Shown in pieces: positions 1 to 12,040 of a DNA stretch of 64,000 bases. The position numbers and the translations under genes are program-made. This stretch comes from Amphiscolops sp. MND2022. Its lineage: Eukaryota. Under the pieces are notes generated by a model. The model made no database searches. It had not been told where the DNA came from and saw only the letters and a program-made list of their open reading frames with translations. Location of the stretch: positions 63,676,001 through 63,740,000 of the forward strand of contig OZ076409.1 of assembly GCA_964187785.1 (NCBI GenBank), read 5' to 3'. The first letter of the stretch is position 1, and every line of letters starts with the position of its first letter.

Positions 1-726
1 CTAGCAAATTCGAGGTGGGGAGCTAACCCTCACGTAATGAGAACCACTGCATTGGCAATGTGTTACTCAGTGGCTGAATACGCATGCCCGGTCTGGCTCG
101 ACAGCACCCACTCGAAGCTCATCGATGTCGCCCTCAATGAAACCTGCCGAAAAATAACAGGATGCATGAAAAGTAGCTCCATCAATCAACTGTACAACCT
201 CAGCGGGATAGCCCCGCCCTTGATACGGAGGAAATGCCATCTGATGACCGAGAAACAGAAACAGGAGACTGACCCACGACATCCACTGTATGGTGCGCTT
301 CCATCGGATCGAAGACTCAAGTCAAGATACAGCTTTCTGAACAAAGAGTTCGCTCTCCAATTGCCACCTGAGAAATACAAAGAACGTTTCTGGCGTCTCG
401 AAAACAAAAATAACTTCTACCCTACCAACTATCGCGAGGCCCTACCACCCGGAGGTTCCCTGAAATGGTGCACATGGAAAACACTGAACAGGCTTAGATG
501 TCTGAAAGGAAGAAGCAAGGACACGCTAAAAAAGTGGGGCGTAATCACAGACAACAAATGTGCTTGTGGTGAGGTGCAAACAATGGAGCACATTGTCCGA
601 AGCAGCGGACTCACCATGGACCAGTTGTTCGAAGCTACTCCAGAAGCCGTTCAACTAGCTGAGAAGTGGCAAGCAACTCTTTGATTTAGACTTGTGGCAT
701 TGGGATGGACACGACGATGATGATGA
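1..726 (+). mobile_element. 3' end of a non-LTR retrotransposon (LINE, RTE-X/I-like), cut by the window start
   Basis: Reading frame open from base 1 to the stop at 684 (LANSRWGANPHVMRTTALAMCYSVAEYACPVW...W.TLNRLR...KWG...CACGEVQTMEHI), typical of the post-RT C-terminal region of LINE ORF2. Followed by a short 3' UTR ending in a GAC/GAT triplet tail (711-726). Clade is tentative. Confidence 0.8.
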
Positions 727-1099
727 ACAGTGCCTCACATGTGTAACAATAGAAATAAAAATTTCAAAATTCCTTGTTAAGCTGCAGGAACATAAACTCT
801 ATTCAACCGTAAATATTCAGTAAATTGTTACATTCTGTAGAAATTTTTGACTCGCCCAATTGAAACCGAAAGATCACGCCAAGGCAGGAAAAAATCGTTT
901 CAATTTTCCTTCTTACTGTTACATTTCATGTATGTGCTTCAACAAAGTAAGCATCAATTATGTTATTAAAGTCACGCAGTGGAAATTGGTTTCATTATCT
1001 CATAGCATAAAAACTTTGTAAATATCTTAGATATTCAAAAATCAAGATCAATGAGTTATTCAATCTACACTTAGTAAGGGTGAAAATTTTGGATTCATG

Positions 1100-1625
1100 A
1101 ATAGATGGATATTCGTGTCGCAAAAAAGCATGGGTCAGTCACGACCGTTTCTCGAATTCTAAAGCTGAATCTGTTACCACGAGGTAGAGCAGGTCGATTG
1201 CCAAAGTTATCCGAACAAGACACGCGAAGTTACACGAGACATCTCTTCTAGAAAAACAGAAATAGCATTTCTACTTGCACGTGACATATCAGTTAAGACA
1301 GTGCAAACTGCATACTGAAAATCTGCAGAGGTTTGCTTAGGATGGCTGGCTTGTAATCGAAAACGAGAAAAAAACGTTTCTGCATAACAGAAAACGAAGA
1401 CTTGATTTCGCCTAAAATTATGCTAGTTGGGTAGACTTAGGAGTGTTATAAGATCTGACGCGACAAAATATAAACCGAACGGGTACAAATGCGATGAAGT
1501 GGACGTTTTGGAGCTGAATTGTGCACCACAATATCAAGGTACGTGTATACATGGCGGGGAAAGCTTAATGATCTGGGGTTGCATGTCATGGAATGGTGTT
1601 AGGCATGCATGCAAGATCGATGGTT
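1100..1625 (+). pseudogene. Degenerate Tc1/mariner transposase fragment
   Basis: Fragments RAGRLPKLS (GRPR-like linker), SDATKY (SDE-like first Asp region) and HGGESLMIWGCMSWNGV..CKIDG (Tc1 HGGGS.MVWG motif), broken by stops and frameshifts. Boundaries approximate. Confidence 0.7.
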
Positions 1626-3120
1626 TCAATTTCCTAATCAGTTCTTTGTTCTTTTTCCTCTAATTTATAGTCACCAAAATGTAATATTTAAATTTTTGCA
1701 AAAACTTGTTTCATATACATATAGTCCTGAACTGACAGTTTCCACTTTAAATAGTAGAAACCCTTTAATTGAGTATAAAAAGGATAATTGGGGTCCGTGC
1801 TTAATGTTTTTTTTTCAGGAAATACCTAAAACAATTTTTTCTCAATTTTGAGAAAATCCTTTGGTGCTTCGCCAAAATTTCCTTGTCGCTTCTCAAGATT
1901 TTTTTATAGCTGACGTTTCTTCTAATTCCAATTTTTTTTCCAACCGGAAAAAAGGCGAGTAGTTTTGAAAAAAGTAATTGAAAATAACGAAGAGTGAGCT
2001 GAGATATCACTATAACACACAAAACGACATGTTTTTTCGAAGACGCAGTTTTGACACTGTATATGTACGTCTGATAGTTATTAACTCTATTGAATTCTCT
2101 TGGGACCTTAGGAAGTCACTTTTGTTGAAGTAAGTGAACAATTCTTGTGCTGGAAACAAACGTGCATGCAGAAAATCAATTTATTGGTGTGTCAAGCAAA
2201 GTGATTTTCAGCGAAGTAAATGAGGGAATTTCAAATGAATCCAAGAAAAAGAAATAGAAAAATTCAAGTGGCTTTGAACCACAGCAGTGGTATTGGAATG
2301 AATTTTATGGGATTAACAGTTTCAATTATCTCACAAAACCCATCAAATTTCATGAAACGGTAAAAGTAAATTGTTCTCGGACTTTCATGTTTACACGTAT
2401 TTGAACGTTTTGAGGCTAAAATCATGAAAGTTAGATATAGACTTCCACTAGATAGATTGGTGAACACTAGAATGAATTTTTCACTCTACAGCCTTTTTTG
2501 TTGTGCAGCCATCAGAGCCAATCAATTGTTCGCTGAGAAGTTAACTTGCATTCAATTAAGAACGTGAAAGGTCTTAAAAGTCTGCAAGAATTCAATTTAG
2601 AAAAAAGTCCAAACTTCGGATAACTTCTTTCGAAATTACTGAGATGACCTTTCTGCAATGACCAAAAATTGAAACGGTTAGGAAATAGATCTTTTGCTTC
2701 CAGAAGTTTTGTTTTGACCGAACTGTTTAAAATTGATTGGAGAATTTTTTAGTTGACGAATTTTGACTGAAATCCAAACAAGAAGACTCATTCAATATAC
2801 TCAACGAGATGGCTTCTTGACTTCGACATTTACTTTCAGTCTCTTCATGAATAGTTACTTGCAAAAGTTAGGGGAAAATTAAATACTGGCGGAAAGTTTC
2901 TAGTTTCACAAAAAAGTGAATGATTTCGTTACCTTTCCAAAACGTTTCGCAAAAGTTTTTGAAATTGATAAAAGTTTTCCTACCACCATGCAAAAATATT
3001 TGATTGAGAGAGTCCATTTTTAAAATGAACTCAGTGACAGACATACTTTATTTCACATACACTCAGTTTTACATAAACGAGCATACACAATTAGCGCTTA
3101 CAAAGGACTTCATTCATATT

Positions 3121-3300
3121 TGAAGAGTAAGAAGATCTTAGAGGACAAACTATTATGAGACTTTGTTTTATTTATGTAATTAGTCTCAAGTACCTGCTAA
3201 CACTATTATAGTATGACCTCATTCTAACTCAGTACGATATGCTTGAAGATAAAATACAGTTTTGTTTCAAACTAAATTCTTCTAGTTAGACATCACAACA
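3121..3300 (+). repeat. 5' LTR of element C (180 bp)
   Basis: TGAAGAG...CACAACA; matches 8854-9034 with 2 substitutions and 2 small indels seen. Confidence 0.95.
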
Positions 3301-3310
3301 TGGCGCAGTC
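3301..3310 (+). promoter_or_regulatory. Primer-binding site, tRNA-Ser type
   Basis: TGGCGCAGTC directly after the 5' LTR, complementary to a tRNA-Ser 3' end (...GACTGCG-CCA). Confidence 0.75.
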
Positions 3311-3353
3311 AGTATCAGTTTAACTGATAATAACAAATTAAATCAGCTTACAA

Positions 3354-6300
3354 ATGGATAACTCCAACAACAACCCCCCATTAACGGGAAGACAACAAAA
3401 TCGGACAACCGATCAGTCAACAAGCAGCCGTTCGCTACCCAATGATTCGAGATTGAGGACGGAAGACCGGACATGTACCCAGAAGAATTCCATCCCAAGC
3501 CTGGAGACACAAGACAGTTCCAGTGCAAATCTCTGGTGGCGGAAATTCGTACAATATATAAAAATGATCAAAGACATTGATTTGTCAACCATGACAAACT
3601 CAAAAGAAATACTGCCACAGTTCCAAGATCAGCTGGAACTCGAGGTAAAAGACACCTTCCTATGGGCGATTGGACAAAGTTCATTGACAGAAATGACTAA
3701 AACGGTGAGAGAACGAGAACCCAGGGTCCTACCGTTATATAAATTATACACCTTATTCCGTATACACTGTACCCCAAAGAGGAATCTACAAAATAGTCGA
3801 GCCGATTTTTTCGACCTAAAGAGAGAAACAAACGAAACAGCTGCGGACGTATGGAAGAAGATCTTAGATGATGAAAAGAACTGCGAATTTGAGACAATAA
3901 CAGCAGCCGAACTATAGCCTCGAAATTCTTTTCCTTGATAGGAAAGTCTACAGGGGACTATGAACTAAAAAAGAAGATCCGAAAGACCGACATGTCCATA
4001 AAAGCAATCACAGACGCGATACATGAGTATATGTACGAAAAAATGAATGAATCTCTCGAAACTGAAGGGGAAAAGAAAATCCGACATGTGGAAAAAAGGA
4101 AATTAGTAAAAAACAAAGAGCAAACCGAACGTTACCCGAAGACAAGACGACTGGACTGCAACAAATGCGGAGCACCCAACTGGTCCAAATATTATGAATG
4201 TCCTGCAAGAGGAAAGAAATGCATTAAATGCGGTAAACTGGGACAATACGCAAAATGCTGCAGATCAACAAGGAAAATAAACCACATCGCAGATGAAGAA
4301 GCAGATAGTGCAGACGAAGACGACTGGAGACCTGATAAAATCCACTCAATATAAAAAAAAGAAAAATCCAATGGGAGCGAAAAGCAAGAACGGAATTTCG
4401 TTCTACACAAGAACACTATTGATCAATAACCGACCAATAAAATTCATCATCGACACAGGTTCACCGGTAACACTAATACCAAAGACAAAATTCAATAGAA
4501 TAACTACAATCAGACCGGTATCGGAAGACTACCGGGACGTAAATGACAACAAGATAAAGTTTGAAGGTAAAACCTTGGAAAACATTGAAATTGACGGTAA
4601 ATCAAAACAACTGGAATTACTGATAACCACGAAACAAACACACCCGTTGCTCAATCTCAACTGGATGAAGGAACTGGGGATAACGCTGAAAACGGAAACA
4701 CCACGCCAGTCAATAAACAACATTAACCAACAGGACCAATCCAACAAGGATTCAGACGCGGACATAGAAACACTCAAAAGTAAGTTTCACAAACTTTTCA
4801 CAGAAAATCATAGAGCAAATAATATAGAAGTAGACATCCAACTAAAAGAGGGATCAAAACTGATACAACAAAAGGGGAGACATATCCCCATCCACTTAAA
4901 ACCCGCGGAAGAAAAAGAAATTGAAAAATTGAAAAAACAAGGCCATATCGAAAGAGTTAAAAACATCGACGAAAACTGCTTTGAAAGTCCCGCCGTGATT
5001 ACAATCAAAAATTACAAATCAGTAGACATAGGGTTGGACTCAAGGAAACCGAATGAAATCACCAATAAAAGAAAGGCACAAGTGCCAATCATGAAAGAAT
5101 TTATATCGAGATTTCCTAGAAAAATAGCGGACGGACCAGCCGACGAAATTTGGATCTCAAAATGTGACCTTGACTACGCGTACGGTCAATTAAAACTCTC
5201 AAGGAGAGCAATGGACCTATGCATCTTTGCAGTTACCGGCGGTAATTTCACCGGATATTATCAGTTTTTAAAAGGTTTTTACGGGCTAGCAGACATTTTG
5301 ACAATATTTCAAGAACAAATTGACCAAACACTGGAAAATAACTATCCAGCTTGGCTAGAGGATATAATCGTAGTAAAAAAAGGCTCAAGGCAAAAACACA
5401 TGAACGAGCTAATAGACGTACTATCAAAGCTGGAAAACGCTTGAGCGAAAGCCAATCCGAACTTTTCAAAACAGAAATAGAGTGGATCGGTCATAAAATA
5501 GACCAAAACGGAATCCGACCGTTACAGGACAAACTGCTGGCAATAAAAGAACTGAAAGAACCAAAAAATGAAAAAGAACTGAAGTCTTTTCTGGAGCAGT
5601 TCAGAATTTGTCTAAGTACGTCGAAAATTTTTCGGCACAAACGGACATCCTAAGGCAACTGCTCAAAAAAGACACGGAATGGAAATGAACCGCGGAACAC
5701 ACAAAAGCGTTCAAAATTTAAAACAAGTAATCACGAAAATACCGTGCTTGACACACTATAACTCAGATTACCCGAATGTAATCACCACGAACGAAAGCAC
5801 AAATGGTCTCGGGGCCACGCTCAGGCAAGAACAACCAGACGGAAACCTAAAATTGATCGGTTTTGCCAGTCGATCAACGTAAGCCATATAGCCGTAAACA
5901 TTTAGCACTCACGGATTATCTCAGCAGAAATCCGTCCGCACTACCGCAAACGGATGACGCATACGACGAAAAATACGTAATCCGATGTTTACGGCTATAT
6001 GGCTTACGTTGATCGACTGGCAAAACCGATCAATTTTAGGTTTCCGTCTGGTTGTTCTTGCCTGAGCGTGGCCCCGAGACCATTTGTGCTTTCGTTCGTG
6101 GTGATTACATTCGGGTAATCTGAGTCAACAGCATCGTACCACACTACAAACTTATGAACAAATACGGTTGCCTTAGCAACCACCTCGACCAATCACAGCG
6201 CCCGATCTTACATAACACACCGAAACAATTCAAAGCGCGTGAACAAACTGCCATTGCTTGCCTTATTCAACCGACAAAAAGCTGCGCAAATTTTTCACTC

Positions 6301-8582
6301 GACAAAGTTAATCCAATTATGGACGCGCGCACCATTGACAATTTAGAACTAGCAGATCCTTCCTAGGAAACCAGAAACTGGATAGCACGCTGGCGAGATA
6401 TAATGAAACCGGGAGTTTACAGAATGTCCGGTGGCCGATGAAAAAAGTTCCATGAGCCAAGATTCCTACAAAACGAGAGGAGCGTCATGGAGGAACAACT
6501 CCAAATTGCAATTAGAAATACACAAAACAATCAACCAAACCAACCCGGAGGCTTTCAACCACAGGAGAGACGAAATGAGCAGTGGACATTAGATCCATTC
6601 TGGGAGACAGACCGCCAACAATGCCCACAGCCACAACCCGAATACGACACCACACCATCACCAAGACAACAACAACCCATAGCGATGGAGGAAGGCAAAT
6701 TCGGCTACGAAACGGACCAGGACCTATCGGTATTGGAGGTCCCAGCAATCAACCGGGCCAAATACGTGGGCGTCAAAATCGTCCAATATATTAAAATGGG
6801 CCACGCACCGAAAGTGGACGCCGAGGAGCTAAACAACTGGGACCTGGGGAACGCCGTCTGAGAAACGGAGAAACAATTCGCGACCGATTTACAATTGCTC
6901 ATGACGGAAACTACAAATGATCCGAGGCTCCTCAAAACACTCGTCTGTCTAGAAAGACAACAACACGACAATGTTTAAGAGAAGTATTCCCCGAACAAAA
7001 AGAAACTGTCTTCCAGATTTGGAGTGGTCTTCTATGAAGACAAAATAATAGTCCCGAAGAATCTGAGGACGACGGTCATCAACCTCCTACACAAGGGACA
7101 CCCAGCAATTAATAAAATGTCAGTGGCAGCAAGACATTTTTGGTGGCCACGGATAACCGAAGCCATACAGAAGAAGTGCGACAGCTGCGTCCCCTGCAAA
7201 ATCTCCAGTAAGTGTATCAAGCCTAATATACCTAGTACGGAAAAAATCAGTTACCGCTATTGGGTAAACTAAACGAAGAGATACAATTGGATTTCAACGG
7301 TCCAATCACCGAGAAGAACCATAGAATGCACATTTTACTTTCTATGGACCGGTTTAGTAAATTGCCGGCAACTAGCTTCTGTAAATCAACAGAAAACCAG
7401 ACAGCGGTTAAATTCTTGAAACAATACATAAACTTGAACGGCATACCGAAAACGATTAGGACGGATAAAGCAACCGCTTTCACGAATCGGTTACTCAGAG
7501 AATTCTGTAAAAACCACCAAATACAATTAATATACAGCACACCGCATATACATAAATCTACAGGACTGGTCGAACGGGGCGTCAAAACGTTGAAAGAAAC
7601 TTTATTGACCAACATGAATGCGGGTGAAAAATTTGGAAAAGCATTAGATATTGCCCTAGACGTAATGCAGAAAACACCCTATACACGATTAAACAAAGCC
7701 GCATTCGAACTACACTACGGCAACAAACCAAACACAAAAATTAGTAACCTACTAAATTTTGACGCGTTGAAAAAACTAATGAGAACGTGTATTTCAGCTA
7801 AACCAGACACCCTACAGGTGTATTCATTCAACGGAGCTGGCGGTGCCCCTGACCAGCTGCCGATGAAACGAAGAAAGGAGCCAAAGGAGTTAGTAGCTTA
7901 TCACGAAAAGAAATTAATAAAACCAAAGTTTGATAGCGCTTACTCCGACAAAATCCAAGTAGCTCTATCGGCTTCTAATCACACCGTTACAACGGCCGAT
8001 AACAGAATTTTACATAGAAAACACATAAGTAAACCAATTTCTGAAATTACACAGGAACCCAACAACAGAGGAACTGGACAACGTGGACCGGATGGCCGAT
8101 TCACAAAATCACCCCGGACGTTTACCATCCACGATTCGGACAGCGAATCCGAAAACACGGAACCGGAATCACCTGTAAAGGTCACCCCGAGGAAGAGCGG
8201 TACACTGGAAAGAGGACGCCCAAAATTGATCAGAAACCGCCAAAGATCGGACTCACCGGGGGGGGGGTCACCACAAACAGTCGAATCAAAAACAACCCTT
8301 GGACCAATGACAATAGTGGCGGAAAATATGACCAGCGAAGTCGTCGACCGCGCTATTGAAGACGCCAGAAAGGCCGATACGGAAATACACATTAAAGACA
8401 CTAACGGTAAGGTCTTTCAAAACACTTTAAAATTCCCTAAAAGACAAAAGGAAGAAGAAGAAGAAGAAGAACCAGGGAATATGGATGGAAACTCCGAATT
8501 AGAATTACTAAGTAACCTTAGTTCAAGCACCGAAATAAAACAAAAAACAAAAGAATATACCTTACGCAGATCAAAACGCTGA
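3354..8582 (+). pseudogene. gag-pol of element C, many stops and frameshifts
   Basis: Double Cys knuckle (CNKCG...CPARGKKCIKCGKLGQ), protease FIIDTGS, RT (DLDYAYGQ, WLEDII), partly deleted RNase H, integrase HHCC (LHKGHP...CDSC) and core (IQLDFNGP, IRTDKAT, GLVERGV). Confidence 0.9.
5761..6125. repeat. 141-bp inverted duplication inside the RNase H region of C
   Basis: 5761-5901 is the reverse complement of 5985-6125, with an 83-bp spacer; the same peptide appears on both strands in the ORF track. Confidence 0.95.
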
Positions 8583-8842
8583 TCAAAAACAAACCCAATT
8601 ATTAGACTAAATAATCCAGTAGCTTCTGATTACAGGAAATACTGTCAAAAGACTAAACCAAGAGGCGAACCGAAACAGCGACTGAATACAACCGCAGAAC
8701 AAGCTTGTCCAGGAGAGCCCTATGAAGACCGGACCATAACATCTGACGCAACCGGAGAAACCGTGACAAAACAATGCTTGGGCCGGGCCACCGCTCCCAA
8801 AAAAACTACTCACAATCAATTGGTTAACAGCTACCCAATCAT

Positions 8843-8853
8843 GGAAGGGGGAA
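8843..8853 (+). promoter_or_regulatory. Polypurine tract of element C
   Basis: GGAAGGGGGAA immediately before the 3' LTR. Confidence 0.9.
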
Positions 8854-9034
8854 TGAAGAGTAAGAAGATCTTAGAGGACAAACTATTATGAGACTTTGTT
8901 TTATTTATGTAATTAGTCTCAAGTACCTGCTAACACTCTATTATAGTATGACCTCATTCTAACTCAGTACGATATGCTTGAAGATAAATACAGTTTTGTT
9001 TCAAACTAAATTCTTCTAGGTAGACATTACAACA
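8854..9034 (+). repeat. 3' LTR of element C (181 bp)
   Basis: Direct repeat of 3121-3300, followed by TSD ATATT. Confidence 0.95.
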
Positions 9035-9928
9035 ATATTGGAAAAACATCCCTAAACATTTGATGCTTTCAATGGTTTTCGATACTGACACCCGGTAATT
9101 TTTGAAAGTATTGATGACTAACTTTAACCACTTTCGACTTTTCTGTAGTCAAAGTTTGAAATCACAAGTATGAATTCAGTTGAGTGTTTCATAAGATTTG
9201 ACTGACCACAAAATAGGAACGTAAGATGAAATCGTGGAAACTTTTTTTCATGAAATTCTAGTTCAAAAACACCCAGCAGCATCAATGAATGCAATATTGT
9301 ATGACTGGGGAAAACTAACATTTCTCAAAAACGCCATATCTGACTGTGAAACAATTTGATTGCAAACCTTTTGCAGTTGCAGGAAAATTATTGAGCCCTG
9401 GATGGGCCAAAATTGGTATAAACAAGCCTGGAACGGCGTAGGTTGACGCCCCGTTTCAGGCTCAAAATAAGCAAAATGACTCCAAAGCGTCAAGCATTCT
9501 CTTCCACAGTACCCGCAAAACCTAAAGGGACCCTTTGAGCCCAAACTTTAATATGAAATTTACTTCAAACATAGTGTCAAAAATTAGTTAAAACGTTTAA
9601 ATAGCTATTTTTGGAACTTCCGCTTCCTCTTTAAGAGAACGCTGCTGGACTGGGAGCCAGCTAGCGCGGGTCCCTGGCGCGCTGCGTTTTTCGCGCGAAG
9701 TCCCCCACTTCATCCCAATCATAATTAAAACAACAAACGCGAAGAAAAACCACTATAATAATAGCATTTTTTGTATCACCAATACAACGAAAAATAAAAA
9801 ATATTTGTAATGTGATGTGTTCAATTGAATTCAGCCCTTGATACTAATTCGTTTTTTGCTCGACGGATAAAAAAACTGTTACTATAAAAAACTGTTTGAT
9901 TAATATGATAAACTGTTTTTTTGCCCAC

Positions 9929-11841
9929 TGTCGCAGACTGCCGCCTGTGACGGGAATAATTACACTACGACGGCGTCCGAACAGGACATAACACCGGGAA
10001 CGCTACCAATATAGTGAAATACAAACTGCAAACTTTAGAAACTTGTCCTTGTTCCAATTTAGTACCTATTTTACTCATCCATGCACTGATTGTATATTTA
10101 GATAAAATCAATATTAGTCTGTTAAAGTTGTACAATTTGGAAATATCCAAATCAGGCTATTATGCAATGAGTGCAGTTGAAATGCAAAGTTGTCGGATTG
10201 AAAACAGCGTAAACAGGAGCAACTGTAAAGCAGTATAGGAAACGTGTTCGAGTGACGTACAGTGCTATTCCAAAAGCGTCACTTGAGCTCGTTGTCCTGA
10301 CCAATCACATCGCTTCAATTTTGCAAGATTAATACAACTCTAGTATAGTAATGGCCGAATAAGGCCAATTGACTTAGTATGCATGCTTCAAATCACACTT
10401 TAGTCAAACGGCCGGTTCCGGCCGCCTTGATGAAATATGATGATGCTGAACTATTTGTACTTATGATTATTCAAATTAGTCAGGAATTACACTAAACGTG
10501 TTCTTAGTGCTAAATTATACCCCTGTACCGCTCAATGGACTAAATAAGCCCAGTGTTGCCTTGAAGACCGAATAAGGCCTTTTACCACCTTTCCTTTAGT
10601 GCTGAACTAAAAAACCGGATTTGGCCAAATTCGGCCATATTAGAAAAACCTTGTTTTAATAGTGTAGTGATATTTCAAGCAGATCAAGCATGTATTATTT
10701 TATTTTGTTCTTCTCAGCGTTGATTAATAGCCGCGTGGCGGCATGGCGGCACGTGCCATCATAACATACCAATGATGCGAGTTTTGCATTCCGTCAATAG
10801 ACGATAATATTTGTTGACAATAAGTTGATGATATTTTCCATGAATATGCTGTTTGAAGTTGCGACATGTATACCTGTCAAATATTTTTTGTTTGATGTTG
10901 CGTTTCCGAGAATCATGTAAATGTAAGGAATTCTCCCAATTGGGATTTTGTTAAAATATGTACTTTGAGGTTGTTGACTGATATGTGAAGAATGTAACCA
11001 AAGGTATTTGCTGACTTAAATACCTTTCAAAATGTTGTTTCATGTGTATTACATACCTTATGATATTAATCTTGACTAGAAAAATGTGGAAAATGTGAGT
11101 GTCATCCACTCGGGAGTATTAATACTGGTGTTTAGCCTGAGTGGGACACAAATCGTATTCAACGTACCTAGTAAAGATTGTTCTACAAACGGTTCCACTG
11201 TTATTTTCCGAGTTGAGTAATTCATTGTTTAATTCGGACTTTTCTCAATGCCTACTACAAGAAAGCAAAAGAAAGCAAGGAAATCAAGAGGCTTAGAAAT
11301 CCTCTCAGATTTTGAGAACCTTGACATCATGTTAGGTGAGAATCACTTCAATGAGACTGAAAGGGACGAGAGCTTAGATAGTGCTTCCGTCAGAAGACAT
11401 GATAGTGTTATGAGTAATAATCTAGAAAATGAAGGTGGAAGTTCATACTCTAATCATATGAATTCTGACACCGGGACAAATGCCGTTAACGGCCAAAATT
11501 CAGCAGACGTGAGTTCTCAAGCTGAGATCAAAAAATTGTCAAGTGAGCTAAACTCTAGAATATCTAGAGAAATGGATGAGATGATGAACTCAATCAGTAT
11601 TTAGATTCAGAGAGCTATAAATGATGCTATAAGCAATCAGGTATTGCTCCAGATCAGCAAATCCAAAATGTCATTTTGGCCGGATCAGGACGTGCGACTA
11701 GAAAAGGATGGGACGTTTCTGCTGAGAGACCGGAAATTAATCCCGAAGTACAGCGTAACCTAAACGCCAGAAACAACCTGAGAAATGAACAAGACGAAAG
11801 CCACCAAAGTGGTGATTTTCCTAGTTATAATGTTCATGACA
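9929..11841 (+). mobile_element. Solo LTR (1913 bp) of a third giant-Gypsy subfamily related to B
   Basis: Starts TGTCGCAGACTGCCGCCTGTGACGG like the A and B LTRs, ends ...CATGACA, TSD CCCAC (9924-9928 and 11842-11846). Contains the accessory-ORF tail (SQTAACDG...PGTLPI*, to 10014) and the gag N-terminus. Confidence 0.93.
11248..11841 (+). pseudogene. gag: LTR-embedded gag N-terminal segment (stop at 11602-11604 plus a frameshift)
   Basis: MPTTRKQKKARKSRGLEILSDFENLDIMLGENHF...LSSELNSRISREMDEMMNS, closely similar to the element B Gag N-terminus. Confidence 0.85.
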
Positions 11842-12040
11842 CCCACCCTGTTTACTACAAGCCAATACTCGTGTTTATCTTGAGCAGTCTTTTATGATCA
11901 TCTTGACCCGCAAGTCGGTGTTCCATTGCATAAAGTAGTCCTCTACTTGCTGTAATTTATTCCAATTTATTTTTATGAAACCGTTAATTACACTGCAAGA
12001 AGGCTCTACACCTTGCAGTGTGATGAAACCACACCAACAT

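Larger units (their letters stand above)
3121..9034 (+). mobile_element. Ty3/Gypsy LTR retrotransposon C (Mag-like), full length but decayed
   Basis: LTRs 3121-3300 and 8854-9034 (TG...CA), 5-bp TSD ATATT (3116-3120 and 9035-9039), PBS, PPT, domain order gag-PR-RT-RH-IN. Confidence 0.95.

Noticed and set aside
3354..8582. Element C interior more decayed than its LTRs imply
   Set aside because: Four differences in 180 bp is too small a sample; roughly compatible with the internal decay.
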